Positions 27,114 to 36,317 of a DNA stretch of 64,000 nucleotides are shown here, piece by piece. The stretch's first letter is position 1; every line of letters begins with the position of its first letter. Both the position numbers and the translations under genes were made by a program. Source of the stretch: Candidatus Ozemobacteraceae bacterium (GTDB taxonomy: Bacteria > Muiribacteriota > Ozemobacteria > Ozemobacterales > Ozemobacteraceae); contig OZ223236.1 in the NCBI GenBank assembly GCA_965140445.1, forward strand, positions 4,416,001-4,480,000. Direction: 5' to 3'. Below the pieces are notes generated by a model that made no database searches, was not told the DNA's origin, and saw only the letters and a program-made list of their open reading frames with translations.

Positions 27114-29738
27114 TTGGTAACACAAGAATTAGAATTAATTGCTCTTCCGGATGATGCAACGCTTGATCTACTGGCTGCAGCCAGATGCATTGCATTAAAA
27201 AATCCATCCTCAATAATTCTTCACCCAAGAAGATTGGTGAATAATGCCTGGCAATTTGCACGAAAAGAAAAATGGTTCCAAACCGTTGCTCTAAGAGATA
27301 TCCAGTGGGAAAGTATTCGCAGAGTCCATTTGGTCGGAATTTATTTTCAGCGCCAGAGTCCGGAACTAATTGATCAACTGTTAAAACTGAGAATCCCACA
27401 AGTTTTGTATTCTCAAAAAGCTTCAAAATTGCCTTTTCATCCTCAGGAATCAAGAATTAAAACCCATAGCTTCACCAGTCAACTTTTATCAAATCTTATC
27501 AAAGCCGGATTCGAATTTGAATATAACGATGCAAAGCTTTTCCTGTCGGCAATTTATGAGAAAACCTGGGCCGGATTGGCAAGCAAATCAACCCAACTAG
27601 ACAAAGAAGTTCTAAGCCACTTGAATAAGTTTAACATTCCTGGTCGGGTAATCTCAAACTCCATTGTTTTAGGTTTACGTGAAGGACAATCAGGTGTTTA
27701 TTACGATCTATTAAAAAATACCGAAGAAATAACGGTTGGAAACAGACAATTAACATTAATCCTTCTTAAGTCACAAGGGTTAGTCCAGGATCTTGACCCT
27801 ATTATGGATTCTGTCTGGTCAGAAATAGCCCCTCACAATATCGTTATAGGAATTAAATCTGGTTCTGTAACTCAATTTTGGGCAAGAAGCGAGATCCCCG
27901 AAGTAGATTTTTTCGAAGTATTCAGATCATATAGACCTCGACGCCGCAAACGATGGATAACATTTAAACTGTCAATTTCTTCCAATTTAGAAGGCCTTAA
28001 AAGAGAGCTCTTAGAAGTTTTAAAAAACGGTCTGAAACCAGAGCTTTGTGCATCTGATATTATGTCTGTTTCTCCCATTTGTGTAGAAGAAAATATGACC
28101 GTTTCTGAAGCACTTTCAACCATGCTTAGATTTAACATAATGTCACTAGTGGTAGTAAAAGATGGAAAATTTTCAGGTCTTTTAACCAGGCGTGATCTTG
28201 ATCGAGCTATTCAAATGGATTTAATGCAAACCCCAATTCAACAATATCTCCCCAGTAGCCATCCTGCGATTTCACCTAACACACCAGTGCGCGCAATAAA
28301 AAACGTAATGGTAAGGTTTAATCTCTCTAAACTGGTTGTTGCTGAAAATGATTCGGTCCTTGGCATTATAACTTCCAGAGAGCTATTGCGATCCCTCCCG
28401 GATCATATGCCATTACCTGCTGAATATCTGCCGCTGACAAGATGCGAATCACTTCCAGATTCAAATATAATTGAGGAATCCGTAAAGAGAGTATTTTCAA
28501 TAAAAATTTTCCATTTACTAAAGCAAATAGGCAACTTCGCTGAACATTATGGCACCAAAGCATTTGCCGTTGGCGGTTTTGTCAGGGATCTGCTCTTAGA
28601 GAAGCAAAACCTTGATATAGACATTGTAGTTCTGGATGATGCAATTCCTTTTGCAAGAGCCATTAGCAAAGAGTTGAATTGTGAATACAAAATTTTTGAC
28701 CGCTTTCACACTGCAAGAATTTATCTGGAAGACCTGAAGCTGGATTTTAGCTCGGCCAGAATAGAGCACTACTCTGACCCGGGAGCTCTCCCCCAGATTG
28801 AATTTGCTGGATTATCTAGTGATTTATACAGAAGAGATTTCTCAATTAACGCATTAGCTTTGGATCTTTCTCCTGATAGATTTCTTCAGCTAAAAGATTT
28901 CTTTGGTGGACATGCTGATTTAAAAGAAAAGAAAGTTAGAACCCTGCATTCTTTTAGCTTCCTTGAAGACCCTACCAGACTTTTTAGAGCTCTAAGATTC
29001 GCCAACAGATTCCATTTTGATCTGGAAAAAGACACTCGTCGTTCCTTTGAACTGGCAATAAAAAAAGATGCTGTAAAAAAATTATCTTTGAAAAGAATTG
29101 GAGCGGAAATAAGCCGTTGCCTACAAGAAGATCAGCCACACAAATTAATTGAAGAATTGTTTAATTTTAATCTTTTACAGTATCTTCATCCAAAGCTCTC
29201 AGACACTTCTATTTTGCCTTCAAGATATCGCCTCATCCCTGGCTTTTTACGTAGGTTTGCGATTTTAGATGAAGAAATAGACAGAGAAACCATTCTCTGG
29301 ACAGGACTCCTGTCGTTGCTAAAAAAAGAAGAAATCAATGAGATTCTTGAAAAGATAGGAACCACAACAGAGCGAAAACGCAAAATCTTACAGTCAATAG
29401 ATGCCATGGAAATAGTTCCAGAGGACTTAAGCTCTATAAAAATTGATTCTCACTTTTCCATTTTTGAACTTCTTGAACCATTGTGTATGGAAGCACTGAT
29501 TGTTCTAATGGCATTTTCTCTCGATAAATGTAATACCAAAAAAGTCTTGTATTTTATTGGAAATTTAAGAAATTTAAAGTGTGAAATAAACGGGAAAGAT
29601 CTCATTGAAAAAGGAATCAAACCTGGTCCCATCATGAGAGTTATCTTTCACGAAATTCTAAAGAAGAAAATTCAAGGCCAACTCAGAAATAGAAAGGAAG
29701 AATTAGACTATGCCATCCGGCTCAGCAAGAATATATAA
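27114..29738 (+). CDS. CBS-domain class II tRNA nucleotidyltransferase (CCA- or A-adding) with degenerate DHH-like N-terminus
   Basis: CBS pair, then AVGGFVRD, DIDIVV, ARIEHY..PGALP, DLYRRDFSINA, LHSFSFLEDPTRLFRA, GIKPGP. Confidence 0.88.
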   Translation: MVTQELELIALPDDATLDLLAAARCIALKNPSSIILHPRRLVNNAWQFARKEKWFQTVALRDIQWESIRRVHLVGIYFQRQSPELIDQLLKLRIPQVLYSQKASKLPFHPQESRIKTHSFTSQLLSNLIKAGFEFEYNDAKLFLSAIYEKTWAGLASKSTQLDKEVLSHLNKFNIPGRVISNSIVLGLREGQSGVYYDLLKNTEEITVGNRQLTLILLKSQGLVQDLDPIMDSVWSEIAPHNIVIGIKSGSVTQFWARSEIPEVDFFEVFRSYRPRRRKRWITFKLSISSNLEGLKRELLEVLKNGLKPELCASDIMSVSPICVEENMTVSEALSTMLRFNIMSLVVVKDGKFSGLLTRRDLDRAIQMDLMQTPIQQYLPSSHPAISPNTPVRAIKNVMVRFNLSKLVVAENDSVLGIITSRELLRSLPDHMPLPAEYLPLTRCESLPDSNIIEESVKRVFSIKIFHLLKQIGNFAEHYGTKAFAVGGFVRDLLLEKQNLDIDIVVLDDAIPFARAISKELNCEYKIFDRFHTARIYLEDLKLDFSSARIEHYSDPGALPQIEFAGLSSDLYRRDFSINALALDLSPDRFLQLKDFFGGHADLKEKKVRTLHSFSFLEDPTRLFRALRFANRFHFDLEKDTRRSFELAIKKDAVKKLSLKRIGAEISRCLQEDQPHKLIEELFNFNLLQYLHPKLSDTSILPSRYRLIPGFLRRFAILDEEIDRETILWTGLLSLLKKEEINEILEKIGTTTERKRKILQSIDAMEIVPEDLSSIKIDSHFSIFELLEPLCMEALIVLMAFSLDKCNTKKVLYFIGNLRNLKCEINGKDLIEKGIKPGPIMRVIFHEILKKKIQGQLRNRKEELDYAIRLSKNI

Positions 29739-30543
29739 ATTTCGCCCACCAGGAGGAATGCCTCCAGACTCATTCAACCGCCTTCTTACCATAGGTGGCA
29801 TCATTGTTTTTCTATTTTTATTCAGCTTTATTTTGCAAAAGCCATCCAATCTAATGGAAAGCATGATCGGTTATTTAATGCTCATTCCGATTATTCTTAT
29901 TTCTTTAACCTTTCACGAGTATTGCCACGCTCTAATGGCAGATTTCCTGGGAGACCCCACTCCACGTAGAATGGGAAGACTCAGCTTGAATCCATTACGC
30001 CACCTTGATCCTATTGGCGCTATGATGCTATTCTTCACTCATTTTGGCTGGGCAAAACCTGTTCTGGTTGACCCTCGAAATTTCAGAATTCCCAAACGTG
30101 CAATGCTTTCTGTAGCATTGGCTGGGCCTGCTTCAAATCTCTTTTTAGCATCTGTGGGAGCCCTTTTGTTAAAGTTACTTGCTTTCTCAATGCCTTACAT
30201 TGCAGCTCACCCAATTTTTATTCTTCTGACATATAAAACCATACAGCTTTTTATTGTCATAAATTTAAGTCTGGCAATTTTTAATCTTTTACCGTTGCCC
30301 CCACTTGATGGTTCAAGAATAGTCTCTTTCTTTATGCCAGATAAGTATCGTCTTCAATATAGAAGCTTCGAAGAAGTGGCTCCCTTCATTCTATTAATAC
30401 TATTTATGGTTGGAGGTCTTGGGCCAATCCTGCATCCCCTTATTTCATTCGGTTATAGTTTTCTTCTTGGAGCGGTAGGAAATCCGCAAAGTTTGATCTC
30501 TTTGCAGCTTCTAAGCGCTACTGGCAGCGGAATGCAATTGTAA
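29710..30543 (+). CDS. Site-2 protease (M50) family intramembrane metalloprotease
   Basis: HEYCH, GDPTP...GRLSLNP, GWAKPV, AGPASN, NLLPLPPLDG. Confidence 0.92.
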   Translation: MPSGSARIYKFRPPGGMPPDSFNRLLTIGGIIVFLFLFSFILQKPSNLMESMIGYLMLIPIILISLTFHEYCHALMADFLGDPTPRRMGRLSLNPLRHLDPIGAMMLFFTHFGWAKPVLVDPRNFRIPKRAMLSVALAGPASNLFLASVGALLLKLLAFSMPYIAAHPIFILLTYKTIQLFIVINLSLAIFNLLPLPPLDGSRIVSFFMPDKYRLQYRSFEEVAPFILLILFMVGGLGPILHPLISFGYSFLLGAVGNPQSLISLQLLSATGSGMQL

Positions 30544-30550
30544 GTAAAAT

Positions 30551-30586
30551 AAAAAAGCCTCCCAGAAATTCTGGGAGGCTTTTTTT
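30551..30586. terminator. Bidirectional Rho-independent terminator
   Basis: AAAAAAGCCTCCCAGAA-A-TTCTGGGAGGCTTTTTT inverted repeat between convergent genes. Confidence 0.88.
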
Positions 30587-30594
30587 ATGTAATT

Positions 30595-31119
30595 TTATGC
30601 TGCCGGGTTAGGATTTAGAGGGTCTGCAGCTGCAGGTCTCTGTGCTAATTCACGGTCAACCATGAACATTCCGCCAGGTGCTTTTCCAGTTAGATTAATC
30701 ATATCAATAACAGACTTTGCTGTGGCTTCTTCTTCAACTTGTTCACCAACAAACCAGTTCAAGAAATTCACTGTTGAATGGTCTTTAAGAGAAAGTCCTA
30801 AATCAACGAGATTATTTATGCAAGAAGTAATATGTCCCTCATGCTTAAGAGCTTCATTGAAAACCTGCAAAGCATCTTTCCATTTTTTGGGTGGAGCAGG
30901 CATAGCTTTGAATTCAACACGTCCGCCTCTTTCTCCAATGTAGTTCATAAATCTAACCGCATGTCCGAATTCTTCCATGCTCTGATTTCTCATCCAATGA
31001 GCCATACCCGGCAACCCTTCTGCATTAAAATATTCTGCCATTGCCATATAAAGGTAAAAAGAATACATTTCTTCAAATATCTGTTTATTAAGGGCTGTTT
31101 CCATTTTTTTTGCCAGCAT
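30595..31119 (-). CDS. ftnA: Non-heme ferritin
   Basis: LNKQIFEEMYSFYLYMAM, QSMEEFGHA, HE..IT, FLNWFVGEQVEEE. AAGGAG RBS. Confidence 0.92.
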   Translation of the reverse strand: MLAKKMETALNKQIFEEMYSFYLYMAMAEYFNAEGLPGMAHWMRNQSMEEFGHAVRFMNYIGERGGRVEFKAMPAPPKKWKDALQVFNEALKHEGHITSCINNLVDLGLSLKDHSTVNFLNWFVGEQVEEEATAKSVIDMINLTGKAPGGMFMVDRELAQRPAAADPLNPNPAA

Positions 31120-31227
31120 TAATTTGTCTCCTTATTAAAATCATCTTGGTATAAACTACAGTTTTTTAGCCAATCCTTCAATAGAAAGATAAAACATTTT
31201 GGGCCTGTTATTCACAATGAGAAGAAG

Positions 31228-31698
31228 TTAATTCATATCATCAAAGATTTGAAAAACTTCCAATAAACGATCGGAATGATTTTTATCATGATGCCTTAAA
31301 ACCCTTCTCACAAGGACTTTTCCCATTCTTTTTTTATGAAGCAATTTTGCTCCTGCTATTGCGTGTGCATTACTGGAAATAGGCAAAAGAACCTTTGCTA
31401 TTTTAAAAAAAACTGTATCTCTTGTTATTCCTTTTCCAATGTCATGTAATAAGGCCATTTCAAGAAGCATTCCACGGTCTTTTTCGAGCACAGTTGAAGA
31501 TTCTTTAATAGCTTTGTAAACACGTAAGGTATGAGCTATTTCAGACCTTCTCAAAGCTTTAAAATCTGCGATTAGATTTTCTGGCAACTTTTTTAAAACT
31601 TCATTCAAGAGTTCCTGATCAATTTTGGGAAACAGCGTTTGCTTTAACTGCCAGCAGCGATAAGCAACTCGCTTAAGAAATCGCAAAATCGCTCTCAC
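31228..31698 (-). CDS. Small HD-domain phosphohydrolase
   Basis: H...ALLHDIGK...HAIAGA...RHH...DD. GTGA overlap with rarA. Confidence 0.75.
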   Translation of the reverse strand: MRAILRFLKRVAYRCWQLKQTLFPKIDQELLNEVLKKLPENLIADFKALRRSEIAHTLRVYKAIKESSTVLEKDRGMLLEMALLHDIGKGITRDTVFFKIAKVLLPISSNAHAIAGAKLLHKKRMGKVLVRRVLRHHDKNHSDRLLEVFQIFDDMN

Positions 31699-33044
31699 TT
31701 CTTCTCACCAGAAAATCTTTCTGGCCATAAGGCCTTCATACGTTCACGGGTATTTTTTTCTTTACCATAAACTGTAGGCCTGAAAAAATGAGTTTCTTTA
31801 ACCCCTTCTGGAAAATAATTTTCTTTTACAAATCCGCCTTGAAAATCATGTGGGTATTTATATTCATTACCATAGCCAAGAGACTTCATGGTCTGTGTTG
31901 GAGCATTTCTCAAGTGAAGCGGAACCCCAGGTTCACCCCCCCCACGAATCTCTTTTACAACTCGTTTTTCGGCAAGATAAAGAGAATTACTTTTGGGAGC
32001 TAGAGCAAAATAAACTGCCAGGTGGGCAAGATGAATATGCCCTTCAGGCGGACCGATGTATGCAAAAGCTTGAGAAGCAGACATCGCAAGGGTTAATGCA
32101 AACGGATCGGCCATGCCAATATCTTCTGAGGCAAAACGAATCATTCTTCTTAGAATAAACTTACAATCCTCTCCGCCTTCAATCATTCTGTATAACCAGT
32201 ATAAGCTGGCATCAGGATCGGAGCCTCGCATGGATTTATGGAGGGCAGAAATAAGGTTATAGTGTTCTTCTCCACCTTTGTCGTATCTTAAGCCTTTAGT
32301 CTGAAAGGCCTCTGCAACTAACTGATGTTCAACTACAGGATTTTGAGGATTTTTTTGCCGGGCAACCTCACAACAAGTCTCAAGCATATTCAGTGCAATT
32401 CTAGCATCTCCAGCAGCTAAAACAGAGATTGTTGTCAGTGCATCATCCTTTACTTCTATAGCGTTAGGTCTATTTAGCTTTTCATCTTTCTCAAGTGCCC
32501 TGATCAGAATTGGGATAATTGCTTCTGTCGTTAGCGATTTTAGAACAAGCAGCTGACATCTTGAAAGCAAAGCTGAAACCACTTCAAAACTAGGATTTTC
32601 AGTTGTTGCACCTACAAAAATGACTGTTCCCGATTCTATGTGTGGCAGCAATGCATCTTGCTGAGCCTTGTTAAATCTGTGAATCTCGTCAACGAACAAA
32701 AGCGTTTTTCTTGAATTTCTACGTCTCTGGTTTTTGGCTTGTTCAAAAGCAGCCTTCAAATCTTTCACGCCAGAGGTCACTGCAGAGAGCTGAATAAAAT
32801 CAGCATCTACTTTTTGGGCAAGAACCCTTGCTAATGTAGTCTTTCCACAACCTGGTGGCCCCCAGAAAATTACTGACCCGCCCTGGCCTGACTCCAGAAG
32901 TAATCTTAAAGGTTTACCTTCTTCAAGAATGTGCTCCTGACCAAAAATTTCATCAAGAGAAGACGGCCGCATCCTATCGGCGAGCGGCTGATAGAGATCT
33001 CCACGGCCAAGGTTTCCTTCAGTGAAGCTAAATAGATCATTCAT
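31695..33044 (-). CDS. rarA: Replication-associated recombination protein A (MgsA/RarA)
   Basis: PLADRMRP, WGPPGCGKT, VDEIHRFNKAQQD, GATTENPSF, ISALHKSMRGSD, ASEDIG, VPLHLRN, YKYPHD. Confidence 0.96.
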   Translation of the reverse strand: MNDLFSFTEGNLGRGDLYQPLADRMRPSSLDEIFGQEHILEEGKPLRLLLESGQGGSVIFWGPPGCGKTTLARVLAQKVDADFIQLSAVTSGVKDLKAAFEQAKNQRRRNSRKTLLFVDEIHRFNKAQQDALLPHIESGTVIFVGATTENPSFEVVSALLSRCQLLVLKSLTTEAIIPILIRALEKDEKLNRPNAIEVKDDALTTISVLAAGDARIALNMLETCCEVARQKNPQNPVVEHQLVAEAFQTKGLRYDKGGEEHYNLISALHKSMRGSDPDASLYWLYRMIEGGEDCKFILRRMIRFASEDIGMADPFALTLAMSASQAFAYIGPPEGHIHLAHLAVYFALAPKSNSLYLAEKRVVKEIRGGGEPGVPLHLRNAPTQTMKSLGYGNEYKYPHDFQGGFVKENYFPEGVKETHFFRPTVYGKEKNTRERMKALWPERFSGEKK

Positions 33045-33045
33045 T

Positions 33046-33600
33046 TCAGGCGATTAATTCCCCTTCAATTTCTCCCATTGCCTGCAATGACAATTCAATG
33101 AATTCATCCAAAGGTACTCCAATAAGTTCGCATTCCCGAATGTTTTCCCTTGAAACATTTCGAGCGAAAGCTTTTTCTTTCATGCGCTTTTTGATGGACT
33201 TTGGCTTTACCGAGGTAATCTTTTTATCCGGGTAAACCATTGCGCAGGCAACCACCAGACCGGTCATGCTTTCTGAAGATGCCAGGGCATGATCCAGTTC
33301 ACTTTTTCTTTCAAACCCTGTCATTTCGTTATGCGATTTTATTGCATAAAGAAATTCTTCTGAAACACCTTCTTTTTGGAGAATATTTACTGTTTCAATT
33401 GCGTGCTTTTCTGGATCATCACGAGTTTTATCAAAATCGAGATCATGAAGCAAACCGGTAACCTCCCAAGCTTCGCAATCGCGGCCAAGCTTTGTAGCTA
33501 ATGCCTTCATAATTGCACCGCTGGCAATACAATGCTTTCTCAAATTATCAGACTCAAGATGTTCATCAAGCAATTCGATAGCTCTAGCTTTGCCTATCAT
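33046..33600 (-). CDS. HDIG-domain metal-dependent phosphohydrolase
   Basis: LRKHC, GLLHDLD, KHA, SHN, KKRMKEKAFARNVSRE. GGAGGT RBS before ATG 33600. Confidence 0.85.
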   Translation of the reverse strand: MIGKARAIELLDEHLESDNLRKHCIASGAIMKALATKLGRDCEAWEVTGLLHDLDFDKTRDDPEKHAIETVNILQKEGVSEEFLYAIKSHNEMTGFERKSELDHALASSESMTGLVVACAMVYPDKKITSVKPKSIKKRMKEKAFARNVSRENIRECELIGVPLDEFIELSLQAMGEIEGELIA

Positions 33601-33613
33601 TTTTACCTCCGTA

Positions 33614-34387
33614 TTAGAAAGAGTTTTCAAACTCCAGGGATTCTTCACTATTTTTAGCCATGACCTCAACAACTTTCCAGCGGTGTCTTCTATGAGCTTT
33701 TGCAACTTCACCTGCCAATTGCTTAAGGCCATTTTTTGTCATTTCATTTTTTGCGTAAACCATAATCTTATTTGATGTTATATAATTGGCTTCTTTAATT
33801 GGCAAATGCGATTTCATCCAGGTTAGGAACTCTTTTTCTGAGAGTAATGTTGTCGCAGAAGCAATATCTAATCCACCGCTCTCGTTTAAAATAAATTCTG
33901 GCGCATGGTTTGTTTTCAAAAAACAGTTTTCACATGGGTCAAGACCAGCAAGTTGTGAAACGTCAATAAGATTTACTTTCTTTTCCGCATCTTTACAAGC
34001 AAGAAAAGGATCATGAAAGCAGGTGTCTCCGTTTTGTGTCCAGGCAATTATTGCTTTATCTTTCTCAGCCTTTTCAGTTTTAATTCTTTCGATTTCTTCC
34101 TGAGAAAAATCGAATTTTTTAATCTCATTTTTCTCCTTTGGAGCTGGTTTTGAGGAATTGCCAATATATGTTCCGGAAAAGACCTGAAAAGGCTTGCCAT
34201 CAGGATCTTTCTTTTTTCCATCAACTGGAAAAATATAAGATTCTGCTTTTTGTGGTTTCTGATTAACTGAAGAAGCTGCTTTCTTTTTCCTGGCAACCTT
34301 GGTTCTTGAAGCCTTTGAATCTAACTGACCAGCAACAACTCCACTTAATATTCCAATAAAAATAAAAGACAGTATAATTTTTTTCAT
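33614..34387 (-). CDS. Exported hypothetical protein with a putative His/Cys metal-binding motif
   Basis: Signal peptide MKKIILSF... and internal TQNGDTCFH...C...PCENC. GGAG RBS. Confidence 0.65.
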   Translation of the reverse strand: MKKIILSFIFIGILSGVVAGQLDSKASRTKVARKKKAASSVNQKPQKAESYIFPVDGKKKDPDGKPFQVFSGTYIGNSSKPAPKEKNEIKKFDFSQEEIERIKTEKAEKDKAIIAWTQNGDTCFHDPFLACKDAEKKVNLIDVSQLAGLDPCENCFLKTNHAPEFILNESGGLDIASATTLLSEKEFLTWMKSHLPIKEANYITSNKIMVYAKNEMTKNGLKQLAGEVAKAHRRHRWKVVEVMAKNSEESLEFENSF

Positions 34388-34491
34388 AAAACTCTCCGAG
34401 TCTTAGTTTAATCAAAGTTTAAAACAAAATAAACCTGTTTTTCCTTTTAATTCTCGACATAAAAGAAAGTGTAAAGTAAACTGTAGCGCTT

Positions 34492-35772
34492 ATGAGTGAA
34501 ATCGAAAAGATAAAGTACTTCCCTGAAGCTGAAAAAAACTGGCCAACAAAACTTTTAATGGCCGGTCTTATTATTTTTGCAATAGCATGTAATTTTTCTA
34601 TTTCCTTAAGTCAAATAGGACTTGGGCTTGCTCTGATTGGTACAATTGTTCTGTTAAAAAACAAAGAGTACACAACCAGACCTACTCCAATTGATCTTTC
34701 GTTTGCCTGCTTTGCCTTTGCAGGCTTTTTATCTTTGTTTAATGCGGCTGAAACCTTGAAAGCAATTATTGAGATGAAAAAATTCTTAATAATTTTTGTG
34801 TTCTATATAACTTTCTGGATACCGTATTCAGAAGCTTTTCAAAAAAAAATACTTGGAATCTACCTATCCTTTGCAACTATTATTTCTGCAGCAGGAATTG
34901 CAAAGCTATATCTCGTCGACGTTAATCTTGATAGAGCATACGGATTCTTTTCTTTACCAATTACCTTTGGTGAGTGTCAGGCCATGGCGCTCCTCCTGGC
35001 AATTTCATGGCTATGTACTCCCAATAAAAGCAAAAATGAAACAGCGGGAATCCTACTGAGTATAACCTTGATTCTTTCGGCATTAATTCTTTCATTTACA
35101 CGAGGAGCCTGGCTTGGATTTGGCTTTGGTTTTCTAACCCTTTTAGTAAGATTTCCACGAAAGCTTCTTATGATTGCTGTTTTTATTGGCATTTTTGTTG
35201 GACTGCTTGCCGCAAATGACAGTCAGGTCAGAGAGCGTTTTCAGAGCATGAGCATAAAGAAAAATTTACAAACCTTTCAAAGAAGAGTTGATGCAAAATA
35301 TGAAACAGATGGCTTTGAATCTAATTTTCGTCGTTTAAGAAACTGGCAAATAGGTTTCGATATTTTTAATTCAATGCCTGTTTTTGGTGCGGGAATGAAC
35401 AACGTAAAGTATTGGTATAAAAAACGTGCCACAGAATTTGAAAGAAACAACTCTTTCATTTTTGGACATCAGCACAACAATTTCATGCAATTAATGGTTA
35501 TGACCGGCCTACTGGGTCTAACCTGTTTTTTCTGGTTTCTACTCAGTCTGGCTAGATTATTAATTGCAGCACCCAATTACATTGAATCCGATTGGCAAAA
35601 AAACATTTCAAAGGGCGCAATCGCTGTTCTTTTTTGCTTTATAGCAACAGGCCTAACAGAGTATAGCTGGGGTGACGAAGAAGTTGCCATGTTAGCATTT
35701 TTTCTAATGGGTATAATGATTAACCCCGCCAGATTCAATATTCAAAAGCAGCAACAGGTTCCGGCTTCTTAA
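34492..35772 (+). CDS. O-antigen ligase (Wzy_C/WaaL-like) family protein
   Basis: About 12 TM. RAYGFFS, SFTRGAWLG, R..NW..G, PVFGAG, HQHNNFMQ...TGLLG. Confidence 0.85.
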   Translation: MSEIEKIKYFPEAEKNWPTKLLMAGLIIFAIACNFSISLSQIGLGLALIGTIVLLKNKEYTTRPTPIDLSFACFAFAGFLSLFNAAETLKAIIEMKKFLIIFVFYITFWIPYSEAFQKKILGIYLSFATIISAAGIAKLYLVDVNLDRAYGFFSLPITFGECQAMALLLAISWLCTPNKSKNETAGILLSITLILSALILSFTRGAWLGFGFGFLTLLVRFPRKLLMIAVFIGIFVGLLAANDSQVRERFQSMSIKKNLQTFQRRVDAKYETDGFESNFRRLRNWQIGFDIFNSMPVFGAGMNNVKYWYKKRATEFERNNSFIFGHQHNNFMQLMVMTGLLGLTCFFWFLLSLARLLIAAPNYIESDWQKNISKGAIAVLFCFIATGLTEYSWGDEEVAMLAFFLMGIMINPARFNIQKQQQVPAS

Positions 35773-36316
35773 GAAGGCCCCAAAAAGCGCAGACACAAAT
35801 TGGTATTCCACCAAAGAAAAGAAGACCATTCATTACTACAGAGCGATATGCTTCAATCGTAAAAGGTGGGAAAACATTTTGTAAAGCCACCGACATAAGT
35901 CCGTAAAAGCATATTGTCCACCAGATACCCTGCCTGAAAGTATTATTTGCCCAGCCACCAGGAAAAAGATCTTTTTTGGATATAGTATCAATCAAAGAAA
36001 CCGCAAAACAGATAATAAACAGAATCAGAAAACGATCTTTTCCCAAGCCGCATTCAAGAGCAGCATAATCATACCGCATACAAAAAGAACTCATGCTGAT
36101 AGCCCAAAAATATGGCAGGCAAACCAAAAGTTCGTCAGGCACAAAAGATAGACGTTCGCCTTTTTTAAACCTGAAAAACACAACAGCACCAATAACTCCT
36201 AGTTGAAGAATACAGCTGTATGAAACAGATCCTAAATCATATAAGCTTGTCAGAAAATAGGCAAAAAGATATACCCTTGAAAACCATTTTGCGATACCGC
36301 TAAAGTAATGACCCAT
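35735..36316 (-). CDS. Hypothetical membrane protein
   Basis: Hydrophobic 193-aa ORF whose ATG lies 1 nt after the glycosyltransferase stop. Confidence 0.55.
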   Translation of the reverse strand: MGHYFSGIAKWFSRVYLFAYFLTSLYDLGSVSYSCILQLGVIGAVVFFRFKKGERLSFVPDELLVCLPYFWAISMSSFCMRYDYAALECGLGKDRFLILFIICFAVSLIDTISKKDLFPGGWANNTFRQGIWWTICFYGLMSVALQNVFPPFTIEAYRSVVMNGLLFFGGIPICVCAFWGLLKKPEPVAAFEY

Positions 36317-36317
36317 A

